Source of the DNA: Candidatus Omnitrophota bacterium
GTDB taxonomy: Bacteria; Omnitrophota; Gorgyraeia; B26-G9
Direction: 5' to 3'
NCBI GenBank assembly: GCA_018817585.1
Contig: JAHITE010000123.1
Coordinates: forward strand, 1,280-65,279
Length of the DNA stretch: 64,000 nucleotides
Shown in pieces: positions 10,922 through 22,661 of this stretch. How positions within the stretch are numbered: the stretch's first letter is position 1; each line of letters opens with the position of its first letter. Position numbers and translations under genes: made by a program. The notes below the pieces were generated by a model that saw nothing but the letters and a program-made list of their open reading frames with translations, was not told the origin of the DNA and searched no databases.

Positions 10922-10950
10922 AATATACCATGAATTCAAAACTTTTGCAA
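10922..10950 (-). promoter_or_regulatory. Sigma70-type promoter for riboswitch/giant gene
   Basis: TTGCAA-17 nt-TATATT with extended -10 TG. Confidence 0.6.
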
Positions 10951-11058
10951 ATTTAATAAAATTTATTAAAACTACTATTATTAGTACATTACTAATTATA
11001 ATTAAAAACTGTTTTAATAACTTTTTAAGCATTATTTTAGTTTAAAAAACACTGACAA

Positions 11059-12273
11059 TTAAACTTGCTCCTGCCTGATAAAACAATCCATTAACTCATA
11101 CCCATTAGCAAAAATAAACTGGCTTTTTTTCGCTTCAAATTCATTATAAAAGCCAATATCATCTTTTGCCACACCGCTGCCATACATTAATAAACACACT
11201 GGATCTGAAGTATGAGTTTTTAAGGCAACCGGCGTAGGATGATCCGGCAGAATTAAAAGCCGATAATCTTTTACATCTTTAAGCCCAGCCAAAACAGTTC
11301 CCAACACCAGCTTATCAAAACTCTCGATTGCCGAAATTTTTGCTCTGGCATCGCCATTATGTCCAGCTTCATCAGGCGCTTCCACATGAATAAACACAAA
11401 ATCGTCTTTTTCCAGCGCTTTTAGCGCATACCTGGCTTTTGCTTCATAATCAGTATCATAATATCCGGTTGCGCCAGGAACATTGATTGCTTCTAAACCA
11501 GCAGCACAGCCAATACCTTTAATCAAATCAACCGCGGAAATAACCGCTCCGGACAAACCATATTTTTCCTTAAATGAAGGCAAAATAACTTTTTTACCCT
11601 GGCCCCATAACCAGATCATATTAGCCGGGCTTTCATTTAAATCCCGCCGCACTTGATTAATTTCCTGCAAATCCAGAATATCTCTAGAGCGCAGCATAAT
11701 ATCATTAATAACTCCGGCTTTTTTCTTATCCAGCATATATTTTTCAATTTTCTGGCCCATAATGTCATGCGGCGGATAACACTTCACTTTACAAAGTTCA
11801 TGATTTAAATCTTTAACAATCATTAAATGCCGATAACTAACCCCTGGATAAAATACTATACCTTGTTTTTTAAAATTCTTATTCAACACTTTTATAAGAA
11901 CCTGAGCTTCCTTAGTCGTAATATGACCAGCACTATAATCAACCAAATAACCATTGCCTTCAGTTATAAAATTACAGCGGAAAGCCACTTCATCTTCTTT
12001 AAGCTCTATGCCCAAATGCGTTGCCTCCAGCGGCGCTCTTCCGGAAAAATACTTATTGGGATCATAGCCGAAAATTGCCAGATTAGCCACATCACTGCCC
12101 GGAATCATTCCTTCAGGAACAAAAGAAGCCTGTCCGATTTTACCATCTTTGGCCAGCATATCCATATTTGGCGTACGGGCAACTTCCAAGGGAGTTCGCC
12201 CTGCCAGATCATCCAAAGGATAATCCGCCATGCCATCCGGGACCATAACTATGTATTTCATTTTTTTCGACAT
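11059..12273 (-). CDS. apgM: Cofactor-independent phosphoglycerate mutase ApgM family (proposed homoserine kinase-like)
   Basis: PDGMADYP, TPLEVARTPNMD, PGSDVAN, HVEAPDEAGH, PDHPTP, HTSDPV. Confidence 0.88.
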   Translation of the reverse strand: MSKKMKYIVMVPDGMADYPLDDLAGRTPLEVARTPNMDMLAKDGKIGQASFVPEGMIPGSDVANLAIFGYDPNKYFSGRAPLEATHLGIELKEDEVAFRCNFITEGNGYLVDYSAGHITTKEAQVLIKVLNKNFKKQGIVFYPGVSYRHLMIVKDLNHELCKVKCYPPHDIMGQKIEKYMLDKKKAGVINDIMLRSRDILDLQEINQVRRDLNESPANMIWLWGQGKKVILPSFKEKYGLSGAVISAVDLIKGIGCAAGLEAINVPGATGYYDTDYEAKARYALKALEKDDFVFIHVEAPDEAGHNGDARAKISAIESFDKLVLGTVLAGLKDVKDYRLLILPDHPTPVALKTHTSDPVCLLMYGSGVAKDDIGFYNEFEAKKSQFIFANGYELMDCFIRQEQV

Positions 12274-12295
12274 TTTAATTTAACCTGTTTTATTT

Positions 12296-13360
12296 TTAGT
12301 CTAGTTTAATTTTTTCTAAAATAGCCTCAACCACCGGCGAAACATACTCCGGCTCTTTTATGCTGGAAATCGCTTGGTCCGGATCTTTTAAACCATGTCC
12401 GGTTAAAACACAGACAATATTTACTTTCTTTTTATTTTTAAAATATCCGGCTTTAGCTAATTTTATAATTCCGGCAACTGAGGCTGCTGATGCCGGCTCG
12501 ACAAACACACCTTCAGCTTGAGCCAGGAGTTTATACGCTTGTAAAATTTCCTCATCAGTTACGGCATTAATCAAACCCTTTGACTCATCACGCGCGGCTT
12601 CCGCGCTTTTCCAGCTGGCTGGATTGCCGATTTTAATTGCCGTGGCAATGGTTTTAGGATCGCTAACAATAGCACCGTTAACAATCGGAGCCGAACCTGC
12701 TGCCTGAAAACCAAGCATTACCGGCAGGTCAACAATTTTATTAGATTGTTTATACTGATTAAACCCCTTCCAATAAGCCGTAATATTACCCGCGTTACCC
12801 ACAGGAATAGCCAAATAATCCGGCGCTTTACCTAAGGAATCACAGACTTCAAAAGCAGCGGTTTTTTGACCTTCAATCCGAAATGGGTTTAAAGAATTTA
12901 CCAATGTTACTGGATAATTATCAGTGATTTCTCTGACCAGTTCTAAAGCTAGATCAAAATTACCATCAATTGCTAAAACTTCAGCTCCGTGAATCAAGGC
13001 CTGCGCTAATTTACCCAGAGCAATCGCGCCATGGGGAATCAGAACAATGCATTTTAAACCCGCGCGCGCGCTGTAAGCTGCTGCCGAAGCAGAGGTATTA
13101 CCAGTGGAAGCACACATAACTGCTTTTGCCCCAGCTTGTTTAGCTTTGGAAATAGCCATGGTCATCCCTCTATCCTTAAATGAACCAGTAGGATTAAGTC
13201 CCTCATATTTTAAAAATACATTGGCATTTTCATTGATTAAAGCACTGATTTTTGGCGCGAAAATTAAAGGAGTATTTCCTTCGTTTAAAGAAACTACCGG
13301 AGTATTGGCATCAACTGGTAATAATTCCCGATACTCCTCAATCAAACCTTTCCAACCCAT
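12296..13360 (-). CDS. thrC: Threonine synthase
   Basis: [17 protein letters not shown] lysine, [27 protein letters not shown]; start set at MGWKG. Confidence 0.95.
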   Translation of the reverse strand: MGWKGLIEEYRELLPVDANTPVVSLNEGNTPLIFAPKISALINENANVFLKYEGLNPTGSFKDRGMTMAISKAKQAGAKAVMCASTGNTSASAAAYSARAGLKCIVLIPHGAIALGKLAQALIHGAEVLAIDGNFDLALELVREITDNYPVTLVNSLNPFRIEGQKTAAFEVCDSLGKAPDYLAIPVGNAGNITAYWKGFNQYKQSNKIVDLPVMLGFQAAGSAPIVNGAIVSDPKTIATAIKIGNPASWKSAEAARDESKGLINAVTDEEILQAYKLLAQAEGVFVEPASAASVAGIIKLAKAGYFKNKKKVNIVCVLTGHGLKDPDQAISSIKEPEYVSPVVEAILEKIKLD

Positions 13361-13364
13361 GTGT

Positions 13365-14660
13365 TTAAATCCTTTCCGTACGAATTGCCACACTTTTTCT
13401 TTTTATAACCGGCAAATTATTAATCTCAAGCAAAGCCTGCGCAATGTCTTTTTCCTTGGCATCATGCGTCATCATTACCACATGAACTGATTGCTCTTGT
13501 CTTCTGCCTTTTTGAATAACACTGTAAATACTAATATTGTTTTTACCTAAGATAGCCGCGATCTGCGATAAAACCGCTGGTTCATCCAAAGCGGAAAATC
13601 TAAAATAATAACGGGTTTCAATATTATCTATTAAATTAACTTTTAACTTTTCAGGATCAATATTAACCAGACAATTATCTTGCCTTAATGAACCCTGCAT
13701 TTTTTGAGCAATAGAAATAATGTCCGAAACAACCGCGCTGGCTGTTGGTAATTGGCCGGCTCCCGGACCATGCAGCATTTGTTCACCGACAAAATCACTG
13801 CGTAAAAGTATCGCGTTGGAAACGCCGTCAACATTAGCCAATATATGCTTTTTCGGTAAAAGCGTGGGATGAACTCTTAATTGCACTGAACCTTCTGATT
13901 TTTTAGCAATTGCCAATAACTTTATACAATAGCCCATTTCCGCGGCATAACGAATATCACATAAATCTATATTTTCAATACCCTCAACATAAACATCTTT
14001 AAAATCAACTTCATGCCCAAAACTCAGTCTGGCGAGAATTGCGATTTTATGCGCCGAATCACCACCATTAATATCCAGACTGGGATCACTTTCCGCGTAT
14101 CCTTTTTTTTGCGCTTCTCTTAAAGCGATTTTAAAATCACAGCCTTTTTGCGCCATCTGGGAAAGAATATAATTGCTCGTTCCATTAATGATTCCATAAA
14201 CAGTTTCTACGCGATCAGCCACCAGCCCTTCTCTTAAAGTGCGGATAATGGGAATCGCCCCGCCAACACTGGCTTCATAATAAACATCCACCCCATTTGC
14301 TTTTGCCGCTTCAAATATTTCCGCGCCTTCTTCAGCCAGCAAAGCTTTATTGGCCGTAACCACAAATTTTTTATTTTTAAGCGCTTGGAGGATAAACTCT
14401 TTTGCCGGATGAATTCCGCCGATCAGCTCAACAACTATCTGAATATTTTGATCATTAAGTATTTTCTGAACATCCGATGTAAGAATATTCCGGTCAATAT
14501 CAAGCCCGCGAGTTGATTCAATATCTAAATCACATATCCAGGCAAGACTGATATTTAATCCCAGTTTTTTTTCCAGGGTTTTAGCCTTCTGCTGGAGAAC
14601 TTTAACCACTCCGCTGCCGATTGTGCCAAAACCAATTAAACCAACATTAATTTTGTTCAT
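13365..14660 (-). CDS. hom: Homoserine dehydrogenase with ACT domain
   Basis: [48 protein letters not shown]. Confidence 0.95.
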   Translation of the reverse strand: MNKINVGLIGFGTIGSGVVKVLQQKAKTLEKKLGLNISLAWICDLDIESTRGLDIDRNILTSDVQKILNDQNIQIVVELIGGIHPAKEFILQALKNKKFVVTANKALLAEEGAEIFEAAKANGVDVYYEASVGGAIPIIRTLREGLVADRVETVYGIINGTSNYILSQMAQKGCDFKIALREAQKKGYAESDPSLDINGGDSAHKIAILARLSFGHEVDFKDVYVEGIENIDLCDIRYAAEMGYCIKLLAIAKKSEGSVQLRVHPTLLPKKHILANVDGVSNAILLRSDFVGEQMLHGPGAGQLPTASAVVSDIISIAQKMQGSLRQDNCLVNIDPEKLKVNLIDNIETRYYFRFSALDEPAVLSQIAAILGKNNISIYSVIQKGRRQEQSVHVVMMTHDAKEKDIAQALLEINNLPVIKRKSVAIRTERI

Positions 14661-15079
14661 TTTTTCTCTTTGTCTATTTTTGCCGACAAATGAATTTTAT
14701 TATCTTCACTGGCGCAGTTTTTAATTGTCTGTTCAAGAATCAACAAATCCTTATCATCAACTTTTATAAATTTAATCCCAATATCAAATAATAATTTTTT
14801 ATTTTTTTCCTGTTGCACATAAACAACTTCTGCCAAAACCTCTACCAAATGAGCAACCTTAGGTAAACGTAAAGTCACATGGAGAATTGTTCCCATCGGG
14901 AAATTATAATCAGTGGTAAAACAAATACCGCCTAAACTCACATTACGGGTAAGCGTCATATCAGTTTTATTAATTTCGCCAGGATAAACATAATAACTAA
15001 CTACGAAGTTAGTGTTTATCCTGATAAATTGGCGTCTTTCCTGAGGAGTATAGTAACCACGAGAATCAGATGTTTGCAT
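14657..15079 (-). CDS. PilZ domain protein
   Basis: ERRQFIR (RxxxR) and NVSLGG ([D/N]xSxxG) motifs. Confidence 0.85.
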   Translation of the reverse strand: MQTSDSRGYYTPQERRQFIRINTNFVVSYYVYPGEINKTDMTLTRNVSLGGICFTTDYNFPMGTILHVTLRLPKVAHLVEVLAEVVYVQQEKNKKLLFDIGIKFIKVDDKDLLILEQTIKNCASEDNKIHLSAKIDKEKK

Positions 15080-15132
15080 TTTTACCCCGAATTGGCTTTA
15101 AAGTTAACTACAAGAATAATCACCTGTTAAAA

Positions 15133-15210
15133 TGGTCGGGGCGAGTGGACTTGAACCACCGACCTCTTGAACCCCATTCAAGCGCGCTAGCCAAACTGCG
15201 CCACGCCCCG
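15133..15210 (-). tRNA. tRNA-Pro (GGG)
   Basis: CGGGGCGTGGCGCAGTTTGG...CTTGA-ATGGGGT-TCAAG...GGTTCAAGTCC...CGCCCCGACCA cloverleaf with CCA. Confidence 0.95.
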
Positions 15211-15382
15211 TATTGAATCTAAAACTTTGGATAAACTATCCGCAGATTCAATAAAAATATTAAACACTTTATTTTTAATAAAGTCTAAATTTTATAAAAA
15301 CAATTTAATTTCTTAGATAGATTACTACAAAGCAAGCTAAATTGCAAGCAAAATATTCTTTTTTATCGTCGAAAAAACTGAG

Positions 15383-16372
15383 TTATATCTCATTTTTCTT
15401 CTGTCTTTGCATCAATAAACGCATTGCCGAAATCGGCGCTACCTCTTGATACAAAACTTTATAAACAGCCTGGGTAATCGGCAAGACAACATTATATTTT
15501 TTAGCAAGCTTAAGCGCGGTTTTTGTGGTAAGCGCTCCTTCGACAACCATTGAGGTATTTTTAAGGATATCTGCCATTTTTTTTCCGCTGCCAATTTGTT
15601 CGCCAAACCAACGATTGCGGCTTCTCAGACTAAAACAAGTAGTTACCAGATCACCCATTCCCGCCAGACCATTAAAAGTCTTATAGCAAGCTCCCATTGC
15701 CACTCCCAGCCTGGTAATTTCCGCAAGCCCCCGCGTAAGCAAAGCGGCTTTTGTATTCACGCCAAAACCAAGCCCATCAGAAATTCCGCAGGCAATAGCA
15801 ATTATATTTTTAAACGCGCCGGCCAGCTCAATGCCATGCAAATCACTGGCCGTATAAACTCTAAACTCTGGAGTCATAAAAACATCCTGAACCATGCTTG
15901 CCAATTTTTTATTAGTTGACGCGCAGACAGCGGCTGAAGGAATAGCTTTAGCAACTTCATACGCGATATTCGGCCCGGACAAAGCAGCTAAGCGAATATT
16001 GCCCAACTCTTCTTTTATCACAACCGACATACATTTAGCCGTCGCGGCTTCAATGCCTTTAGCCACAGTCAGGTATCCGACTTTTTTTAGCTTATATTCC
16101 GCTATTTTTCTCAATACTGGCCGCATAAATTGCGAAGGCACTGCTAAAACAATCAGATTTGCCTGATCAAGGACTTTTCCCAAATCATTTGTAATTAAAA
16201 TTTCTGAAGGGATTTTAATCCCGGGAAGAAATTTTTTATTTTCTTGTTTTTTTACTAATTGATTTACATTTTCCGGAAACGCGCCCCATAAAGCCGTGCT
16301 TATCCCTTTATTTTGCGTAAGCACGGCCAAAGCCGTACCCCATCCGCCATCGCCGATTACTGCTACTTTCAT
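15383..16372 (-). CDS. gpsA: NAD(P)H-dependent glycerol-3-phosphate dehydrogenase
   Basis: GDGGWGTALA, LSGPNIAYEV, KNIIAIACG, GMGDLVTTC, SRN, VEG. Confidence 0.95.
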   Translation of the reverse strand: MKVAVIGDGGWGTALAVLTQNKGISTALWGAFPENVNQLVKKQENKKFLPGIKIPSEILITNDLGKVLDQANLIVLAVPSQFMRPVLRKIAEYKLKKVGYLTVAKGIEAATAKCMSVVIKEELGNIRLAALSGPNIAYEVAKAIPSAAVCASTNKKLASMVQDVFMTPEFRVYTASDLHGIELAGAFKNIIAIACGISDGLGFGVNTKAALLTRGLAEITRLGVAMGACYKTFNGLAGMGDLVTTCFSLRSRNRWFGEQIGSGKKMADILKNTSMVVEGALTTKTALKLAKKYNVVLPITQAVYKVLYQEVAPISAMRLLMQRQKKNEI

Positions 16373-16986
16373 TTTTTTACAAATACCTTTCTTTCTCTGC
16401 CGGTCAGCAGCCTATTTATATTCGCCTTGTGCTTAGCGACAATTATCACGCATAAAATTGAAGCCAGAATCACATAAGCATAAGGCGCTTTTAATCCCAG
16501 CATAAAAAACGGAATTAATATACTACAGACAATCGAGCCTAAAGATACATATTGGGTTATACCCACAACCAATAAAAAAACCAGCATACCCATTAAAACA
16601 GCAACCGGACTCAAACAAAGCAAAACCCCGGCGCTGGTGGCAACCCCTTTGCCGCCTTTAAACTGCAAAAACACATTAAAAACATGCCCGCAAACAACAG
16701 CAAGACCTAGCAATGTTTTGATTATCGGCAAGAATATTTCCACTCGCTGATCAATAAAGTTAGCAATAAACACAACCGCAATCACGCCCTTTAAGATATC
16801 AAATCCTAAAACCAGCAAACCCGGAAGTTTTCCTAAAACCCGGGCGGCATTAGTTGCTCCGGTATTACCGCTGCCGCATTCTCGGATATCTTCGCCCTTG
16901 AGCATTTTAACCAAAATATAAGCGGAAGAAACTGTTCCCAATAAATACGCCACGACAATACCTAATAAAACCAGAAAAATATTCAT
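16369..16986 (-). CDS. plsY: Glycerol-3-phosphate acyltransferase
   Basis: GSGNTGATN, DILKG, GH...FKGGKGVAT, KHKANINRL. Confidence 0.95.
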   Translation of the reverse strand: MNIFLVLLGIVVAYLLGTVSSAYILVKMLKGEDIRECGSGNTGATNAARVLGKLPGLLVLGFDILKGVIAVVFIANFIDQRVEIFLPIIKTLLGLAVVCGHVFNVFLQFKGGKGVATSAGVLLCLSPVAVLMGMLVFLLVVGITQYVSLGSIVCSILIPFFMLGLKAPYAYVILASILCVIIVAKHKANINRLLTGRERKVFVKK

Positions 16987-18305
16987 CAGGAAATTCCTTT
17001 CTTTCTGACAATAATTTTAATTGGCGTGCCTTGAAAATTATAACTGCTTCTTAGCCTGCTTTCAATAAACCGTAAAAAAGGCGGTTTTACTAATTGCGGC
17101 TTATTAACAATCATCGCGAATACCGGAGGATTTACCCGCAGTTGAGTAATGTACTGAATTTTTAAATGCGGACTTTTCCCATCGCGGCGCTGATGTTCAT
17201 GAATCTTGTCCAGGGTTTCCGCTAAATGATTTTGTTTAATTTTCTTTTGTGAATTATTCCAGGCCTCATGCGCTAAAGCCAAAGCCGCATGCACATTTTT
17301 TCCGTTTTTCGCGGAACATAATATGCTAAAAGCAAAATTCATATAAAATGCTTGCGCGCTCAAAGTATGCTGACACTCCGCGATATCAAGTTTAACTAAA
17401 TCACATTTATTAATCGCGATAACACAGCATTTATCCTCTTCCTTGATCAAGCTTAAAATATGCAGATCATCCCGGCGTAAGCCGATTTGCGCGTCAATTA
17501 AAACAATGCAGACATCCGCGCGCTTAATCGCCTGAATTGTTCGGGAGCGGGAAAATAGATCAATAGCTTCTTTCGGCATTTTTTTTCTTTTGATTCCCGC
17601 GGTATCAATCATTAAATAATCATGCCCATCGATACTAACCCGCGTATCCACCGCATCCCGGGTTGTCCCCGGTACATCGGAAACAATAACTCTTTCTTCG
17701 TTTATCAGCGTATTAAAAAAAGAAGACTTGCCCACATTCGGTTTACCGATCAACGCGACTTTTAAAGCAGACTCTTCAACTTCTTTTTTGCTATCTCCTG
17801 GTTTTAAATGCTCCACAACCACATCCAGCAATTCATCAATATTTAAACCATGCAGCGCTGAAACAAACAACATTGGTTCAATCCCCAGCTCATAAAAATC
17901 AGTCAGCTGCGCGATTTTCGACATATCATCCACTTTATTCACAACCATAATAATTTTCCGATTGGCTTTTCTTAAAAAATTTAATATTCCCCAGTCTTCG
18001 GGAGTTAAACCAGCGGTTGAATCAACAATAAATAAAATCAGGCCAGCCTGCTCAATTCCTTTTTGCGCCTGCTTAATAATCTGATCAGACATTTGCGTTT
18101 TGGCTTCAAAATGAATTCCTCCGGTATCGACTAATTGAAATTCTTTTTTCCCCCAAGTCACAGTAGCATAAACCCGATCCCGCGTCACGCCGCTGGTTGG
18201 TTCAACAATCGACTGCCTTTTTCCCACCAGCCGGTTAAATAAGCATGACTTGCCGACATTCGGCCGCCCGGATATTGCCACCAGCATTTCTTTATCTATA
18301 TTCAT
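16986..18305 (-). CDS. der: Ribosome biogenesis GTPase Der/EngA
   Basis: Two G domains GRPNVGKS / GKPNVGKS, GVTRD, GTTRD, DTAG; KH-like C-terminus FQGTPI. Confidence 0.95.
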   Translation of the reverse strand: MNIDKEMLVAISGRPNVGKSCLFNRLVGKRQSIVEPTSGVTRDRVYATVTWGKKEFQLVDTGGIHFEAKTQMSDQIIKQAQKGIEQAGLILFIVDSTAGLTPEDWGILNFLRKANRKIIMVVNKVDDMSKIAQLTDFYELGIEPMLFVSALHGLNIDELLDVVVEHLKPGDSKKEVEESALKVALIGKPNVGKSSFFNTLINEERVIVSDVPGTTRDAVDTRVSIDGHDYLMIDTAGIKRKKMPKEAIDLFSRSRTIQAIKRADVCIVLIDAQIGLRRDDLHILSLIKEEDKCCVIAINKCDLVKLDIAECQHTLSAQAFYMNFAFSILCSAKNGKNVHAALALAHEAWNNSQKKIKQNHLAETLDKIHEHQRRDGKSPHLKIQYITQLRVNPPVFAMIVNKPQLVKPPFLRFIESRLRSSYNFQGTPIKIIVRKKGIS

Positions 18306-18339
18306 CTTTATCCCTGCTCTCTAAAAATCGTCGCGCAAA

Positions 18340-18891
18340 CTATTTGCCTGCACTGAGTAATCTATTGCTTTTGTAAATATAATCAAGACCCGAAGCAACG
18401 GTAATAACCGCCGCGACATCCCATAATAAAAAAGAATATGAGAATTGCAAAAGGATGCCAATCACAGTTGCCATTTGCGAAAAAGTCGTTAATTTTCCCC
18501 AGATGCTCGGCTCAATTTTCAAGTTACTGGTAGTCAGATGAACCAGCAATGAACCTAAAGCTAAAATCACATCCCGGGATATAAATAAAATCAGTACCCA
18601 GATCGGAAGTCTGATCTTAAAAGAGATACTATTGGCAAAAGCCAGCACAATAAAACTTGCGCTAAGCAAAAGTTTATCCGCCAGGGGATCTAAAAAAGAA
18701 CCTAACTTGGTTTGCATATTTCTCGTTCTGGCAATATATCCATCCAAAACATCACTAATCCCGGCAGCCAGGAATATTCCCACAGCCAAAAAACGCAAAT
18801 AATCTTTTTGCGGTGAGCAGTAAATAATGCTCCCCACAAAAAACGGGATTAACAGCACCCTGAATATTGAGATCCAATTAGCTAGATTCAT
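18340..18891 (-). CDS. pgsA: CDP-alcohol phosphatidyltransferase (PgsA-like)
   Basis: DVLDGYIAR..TKLGSFLDPLADK motif. Confidence 0.85.
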   Translation of the reverse strand: MNLANWISIFRVLLIPFFVGSIIYCSPQKDYLRFLAVGIFLAAGISDVLDGYIARTRNMQTKLGSFLDPLADKLLLSASFIVLAFANSISFKIRLPIWVLILFISRDVILALGSLLVHLTTSNLKIEPSIWGKLTTFSQMATVIGILLQFSYSFLLWDVAAVITVASGLDYIYKSNRLLSAGK

Positions 18892-18935
18892 AATTTTATA
18901 TTTAAGTTAGCTTTAATTTATACTTTTTTGAAAAA

Positions 18936-19475
18936 TTATTCAATTATCCGCATGCGATACGGCGGCCAATATACAAGCATTGCTTTGCCAATCAGATTTT
19001 TTCGCGGGACAAAGCCCCAATAACGTGAATCACGGCTATTGGCGCTATTATCGCCTAAAGCAAACAAGGCATCATCTGGAATCTCGATTTTCTGACCACC
19101 CTCACCATAATCACCGCGATTATAATAATAATTTTTTCTCAGATTTTTATCATCAATTATATTGTCATTAATAAAAATCCTGCCGTTTTTAATTTCTAAA
19201 GATTCATTACTCAGCCCGATTAATCTTTTAATAAAAGCCAGCTTAGTATCCTCAGGATATTTAAACACAATCACCTCGCCCCGTTTGGGATCGCGGAATT
19301 TGTAAATAAATTTATTAACCAGAATCCTATCGCCTTCAATCAATGTCGGGCGCATAGAACCCGTGGGGATTTTAAAAGCCTGCACTACAAAAGTTCTGAT
19401 AATCATTGCCAGGACAAAAGCAATCAACAAAGATTCCGCGTATTCTTTAATCACTGCCTTAACTTTATTATCCAT
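18936..19475 (-). CDS. lepB: Signal peptidase I
   Basis: IPTGSMRPTL, FIKRLIG, LGDNSANSRDSRYWG. Confidence 0.95.
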   Translation of the reverse strand: MDNKVKAVIKEYAESLLIAFVLAMIIRTFVVQAFKIPTGSMRPTLIEGDRILVNKFIYKFRDPKRGEVIVFKYPEDTKLAFIKRLIGLSNESLEIKNGRIFINDNIIDDKNLRKNYYYNRGDYGEGGQKIEIPDDALFALGDNSANSRDSRYWGFVPRKNLIGKAMLVYWPPYRMRIIE

Positions 19476-19488
19476 TTAATCATCCTTT

Positions 19489-21285
19489 TTAATCATTGAT
19501 TTGTAATATAGCCCGAAAAGCTTCTTGAGGAATCTGGACCTTACCGAATTGCTTCATTCGCTTACGCCCCATTTTCTGCTTTTCCAAAAGCTTTCTTTTT
19601 CTGGAAATATCTCCACCATAGCATTTTGCCGTAACATTTTTCCCCATGGCTTTTACATTTTCCCGGGCAATAACTTTAGCGCCGATCGCCGCCTGAATCG
19701 CTACTTCATACAGCTGCCGGGGAATAAGCTCTCTAAGTTTCGATACAATTTGCCGGCCTTTATATTGCGCGTTATCGCGAAACACGAGAAATGACAAAGC
19801 ATCACAGGCTTCTCCATTAATCAGAATATCCAGCTTAACCAGCCGGGTTGCCCGATACCCGATAAATTCATAATCAAGCGAACCATATCCCCTGGTAATT
19901 GATTTTAGTTTATCAAAAAAATCAACAATCACTTCCCCTAAAGGAAATTCATAAGTAAGCATCACTCTTTGTTCATCAAGAAATTCTTTATTAACGTAAA
20001 TTCCCCGCTTAGATTGAGATAAAGACATGACCACACCCAAACAATCTTCCGGGACAATCATAAATGCTTTAATATAAGGTTCTTCAATATCCTCAATTTG
20101 TGTTGGTTCCGGAAATTTAGCCGGATTATCGATTTCAATCAGATCGCCGTTTGTTTTTAAAACACGATATACTACGCTGGGAGCTGTAGCAATTAAGTTA
20201 ATTTCAAATTCGCGCTCCAGTCTTTCCTGAACAATATCCATGTGCAAGAGCCCTAAAAATCCGCAGCGAAAGCCAAAACCCAGAGAAGGACTGCTTTCCT
20301 GCTCAAAAATAAAACCATAGTCAGTTAATTTAAGCTTATGCAAAGCATCCCGCAGATTATCAAAATCAACACTGCTGACTGGATATAATCCACAGAAAAC
20401 CAAAGGATGAACTTTTTTAAATCCCGGCAAAGGTTTTTCCGCCGGGTTCTTAAAATCAGTAACTGTATCACCAATTAAAACTTCCGCCGGATCCTTGATA
20501 TTACAAACAATATAGCCTACTTCACCACAGGATAATCTATCCACTTTTTCTGGCTTAGGATTAAAAATTCCGGTTTCCAACACTTCATATCTTTTACCTG
20601 AATCCATAAAGCTGACATGCATCTTTGGCTCAATAATCCCATTAACCACCCGCAAATAAACCACAACTCCCTTATAATTATCAAAAACCGAGTCAAAGAT
20701 TAAACACTGTAAAGGATTATCTTCGCTGCCGCCGGGATGCGGGATATCCCGCACAATCCTTTCCAGGATTTCCACAGCCCCTTTTCCATCTTTAGCGCTT
20801 GCCAGCAAAGCCTCTTCTTCAATGCATAGCACATCATGAATTTGATGCGCTACCACGTCCGGCTGCGCGTGCGGCAGATCAATTTTATTAATCACGGGAA
20901 TTATTTTTAAATTCTGCTCAGTGGCCAAATAAAAATTAGCCACTGTCTGGGCCTGAATTCCCTGGGCCGCGTCCACCAGTAATAAAGCGCCTTCACAAGC
21001 CGAAAGCGATTTAGCAACTTCATAACTAAAATCAACATGGCCAGGAGTATCAATAAGATTTAATTGATATCTTTGCCCGTCCTTTGAATTAAAATATATT
21101 CTTACCGCCGAAGCTTTGATCGTTATTCCCCGCTCCCGCTCAAGCTCCATATCATCGAGCATTTGATCATGAAACCCCCGCTTTTCAATTGATTGGGTTA
21201 TCTCCATTAAACGATCAGCCAAAGTTGATTTGCCATGGTCAATATGAGCAATAATACAAAAATTTCTAATGTTTTTTCTTTTCAT
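19489..21285 (-). CDS. lepA: Elongation factor 4
   Basis: [47 protein letters not shown]. Confidence 0.97.
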   Translation of the reverse strand: MKRKNIRNFCIIAHIDHGKSTLADRLMEITQSIEKRGFHDQMLDDMELERERGITIKASAVRIYFNSKDGQRYQLNLIDTPGHVDFSYEVAKSLSACEGALLLVDAAQGIQAQTVANFYLATEQNLKIIPVINKIDLPHAQPDVVAHQIHDVLCIEEEALLASAKDGKGAVEILERIVRDIPHPGGSEDNPLQCLIFDSVFDNYKGVVVYLRVVNGIIEPKMHVSFMDSGKRYEVLETGIFNPKPEKVDRLSCGEVGYIVCNIKDPAEVLIGDTVTDFKNPAEKPLPGFKKVHPLVFCGLYPVSSVDFDNLRDALHKLKLTDYGFIFEQESSPSLGFGFRCGFLGLLHMDIVQERLEREFEINLIATAPSVVYRVLKTNGDLIEIDNPAKFPEPTQIEDIEEPYIKAFMIVPEDCLGVVMSLSQSKRGIYVNKEFLDEQRVMLTYEFPLGEVIVDFFDKLKSITRGYGSLDYEFIGYRATRLVKLDILINGEACDALSFLVFRDNAQYKGRQIVSKLRELIPRQLYEVAIQAAIGAKVIARENVKAMGKNVTAKCYGGDISRKRKLLEKQKMGRKRMKQFGKVQIPQEAFRAILQIND

Positions 21286-22661
21286 AATAATGCACAGCCA
21301 AAATCGATCAAGGCCTTTGTTCTTTTTAAGGTTTTTGATTCAGCGTAAATCCGCGCCACTGGTTCAGTTCCCGAAGAACGAATCAACAGCCAGCTTTCAT
21401 CACGCATAATAAATTTCGTACCGTCATATGTCTTAACTTCCACCACGTCCTGTCCTAAAATATTTTTCAGACGCGCTATCGGCTTAGTTACCTTTATTTT
21501 TAAATCGCGCCGCAAATAGAAAAATTTGCCAAATCGTTTTTGCATATCATTAATAATTTCAATTATCCCCTGTTTACGACAAGCCATTAATTCCAAAAGC
21601 AACAAACCGGAAAGCACCCCATCGCGTTCCGGCATATAGTTTTTAAACCCAATTCCCCCTGACTCTTCACCGCCGATCAGCACATCTTCTTTTATCATTT
21701 TCGCGGCGATATTTTTAAAGCCAACCGCTACTTCTTCCAACTCCAGATTGTAAAAAGCGGTAATTTTATCAACTAATGTAGTGGTGGTAATGCTTTTAAC
21801 AACCTTGCCTGTCATTTTTTTATTCTCCACAAAATGCAGCAAAATTAAACATATTGCCAGATGCGAACTAATCAGCTGCCCATCCGGACACATTGCCCCG
21901 ATTCGGTCCGCGTCACCATCTAAGGCAATAGCCAAATCATACGATTTAAGTTTCAAAGCTTTATCTAAAGCCAGCAAATTCTCGGCAATCGGCTCAGGAT
22001 TAACTCCGCCAAACAAAACATCATGATTTGCCCGAATCGTCTCCACTTGACAAAGGGAATTCTTTAAAACAGTTTCCACGATTCCAGCCCCGGCACCATG
22101 CATCGCGTCAACCAGAATTCGAAATTTATTTTTTCGAATAATCCCCATATCCAGATAATTTTTTAAAAAAACAATATAAGGCCTCAGCATATCAACATTC
22201 ATAATTTTTGCCGGCTTATCTGATTTCAGTCTGGGAACATTCAATCCGCCCCTGATTATCAGCTCGATTTCATTAGTCATGTCTTTAGACGCGGTTGCTC
22301 CGAATTCATCTTTAATTTTAAATCCGTTAAAATCATAGGGATTATGACTAGCAGTCAGGACAATCCCGCAAGCAAGCCGATTAGCGCGCACATACAAGCT
22401 GACTGCCTGAGTAGGAATCGGCTGCTCTGTTATAAAAACCGGCACACAATTTTGACTCAAAATATTTGCTGTTGCCTGAGCGAATTTATTTGATAAAAAA
22501 CGTTTATCATAGCCCAGAGCAATTCCCTTTTTATAACTTGACTGCTTATACTTTTTCAAGTACACAGACAAAGCCAGACTAATCCGCTGGACATTTTCAA
22601 AAGTAAAAGTATCCGCGATAATTCCCCGAAACCCGTCTGTTCCGAATTTAATTTCCTGCAT
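21282..22661 (-). CDS. Phosphoglucomutase/phosphomannomutase
   Basis: [34 protein letters not shown]. Confidence 0.92.
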   Translation of the reverse strand: MQEIKFGTDGFRGIIADTFTFENVQRISLALSVYLKKYKQSSYKKGIALGYDKRFLSNKFAQATANILSQNCVPVFITEQPIPTQAVSLYVRANRLACGIVLTASHNPYDFNGFKIKDEFGATASKDMTNEIELIIRGGLNVPRLKSDKPAKIMNVDMLRPYIVFLKNYLDMGIIRKNKFRILVDAMHGAGAGIVETVLKNSLCQVETIRANHDVLFGGVNPEPIAENLLALDKALKLKSYDLAIALDGDADRIGAMCPDGQLISSHLAICLILLHFVENKKMTGKVVKSITTTTLVDKITAFYNLELEEVAVGFKNIAAKMIKEDVLIGGEESGGIGFKNYMPERDGVLSGLLLLELMACRKQGIIEIINDMQKRFGKFFYLRRDLKIKVTKPIARLKNILGQDVVEVKTYDGTKFIMRDESWLLIRSSGTEPVARIYAESKTLKRTKALIDFGCALL

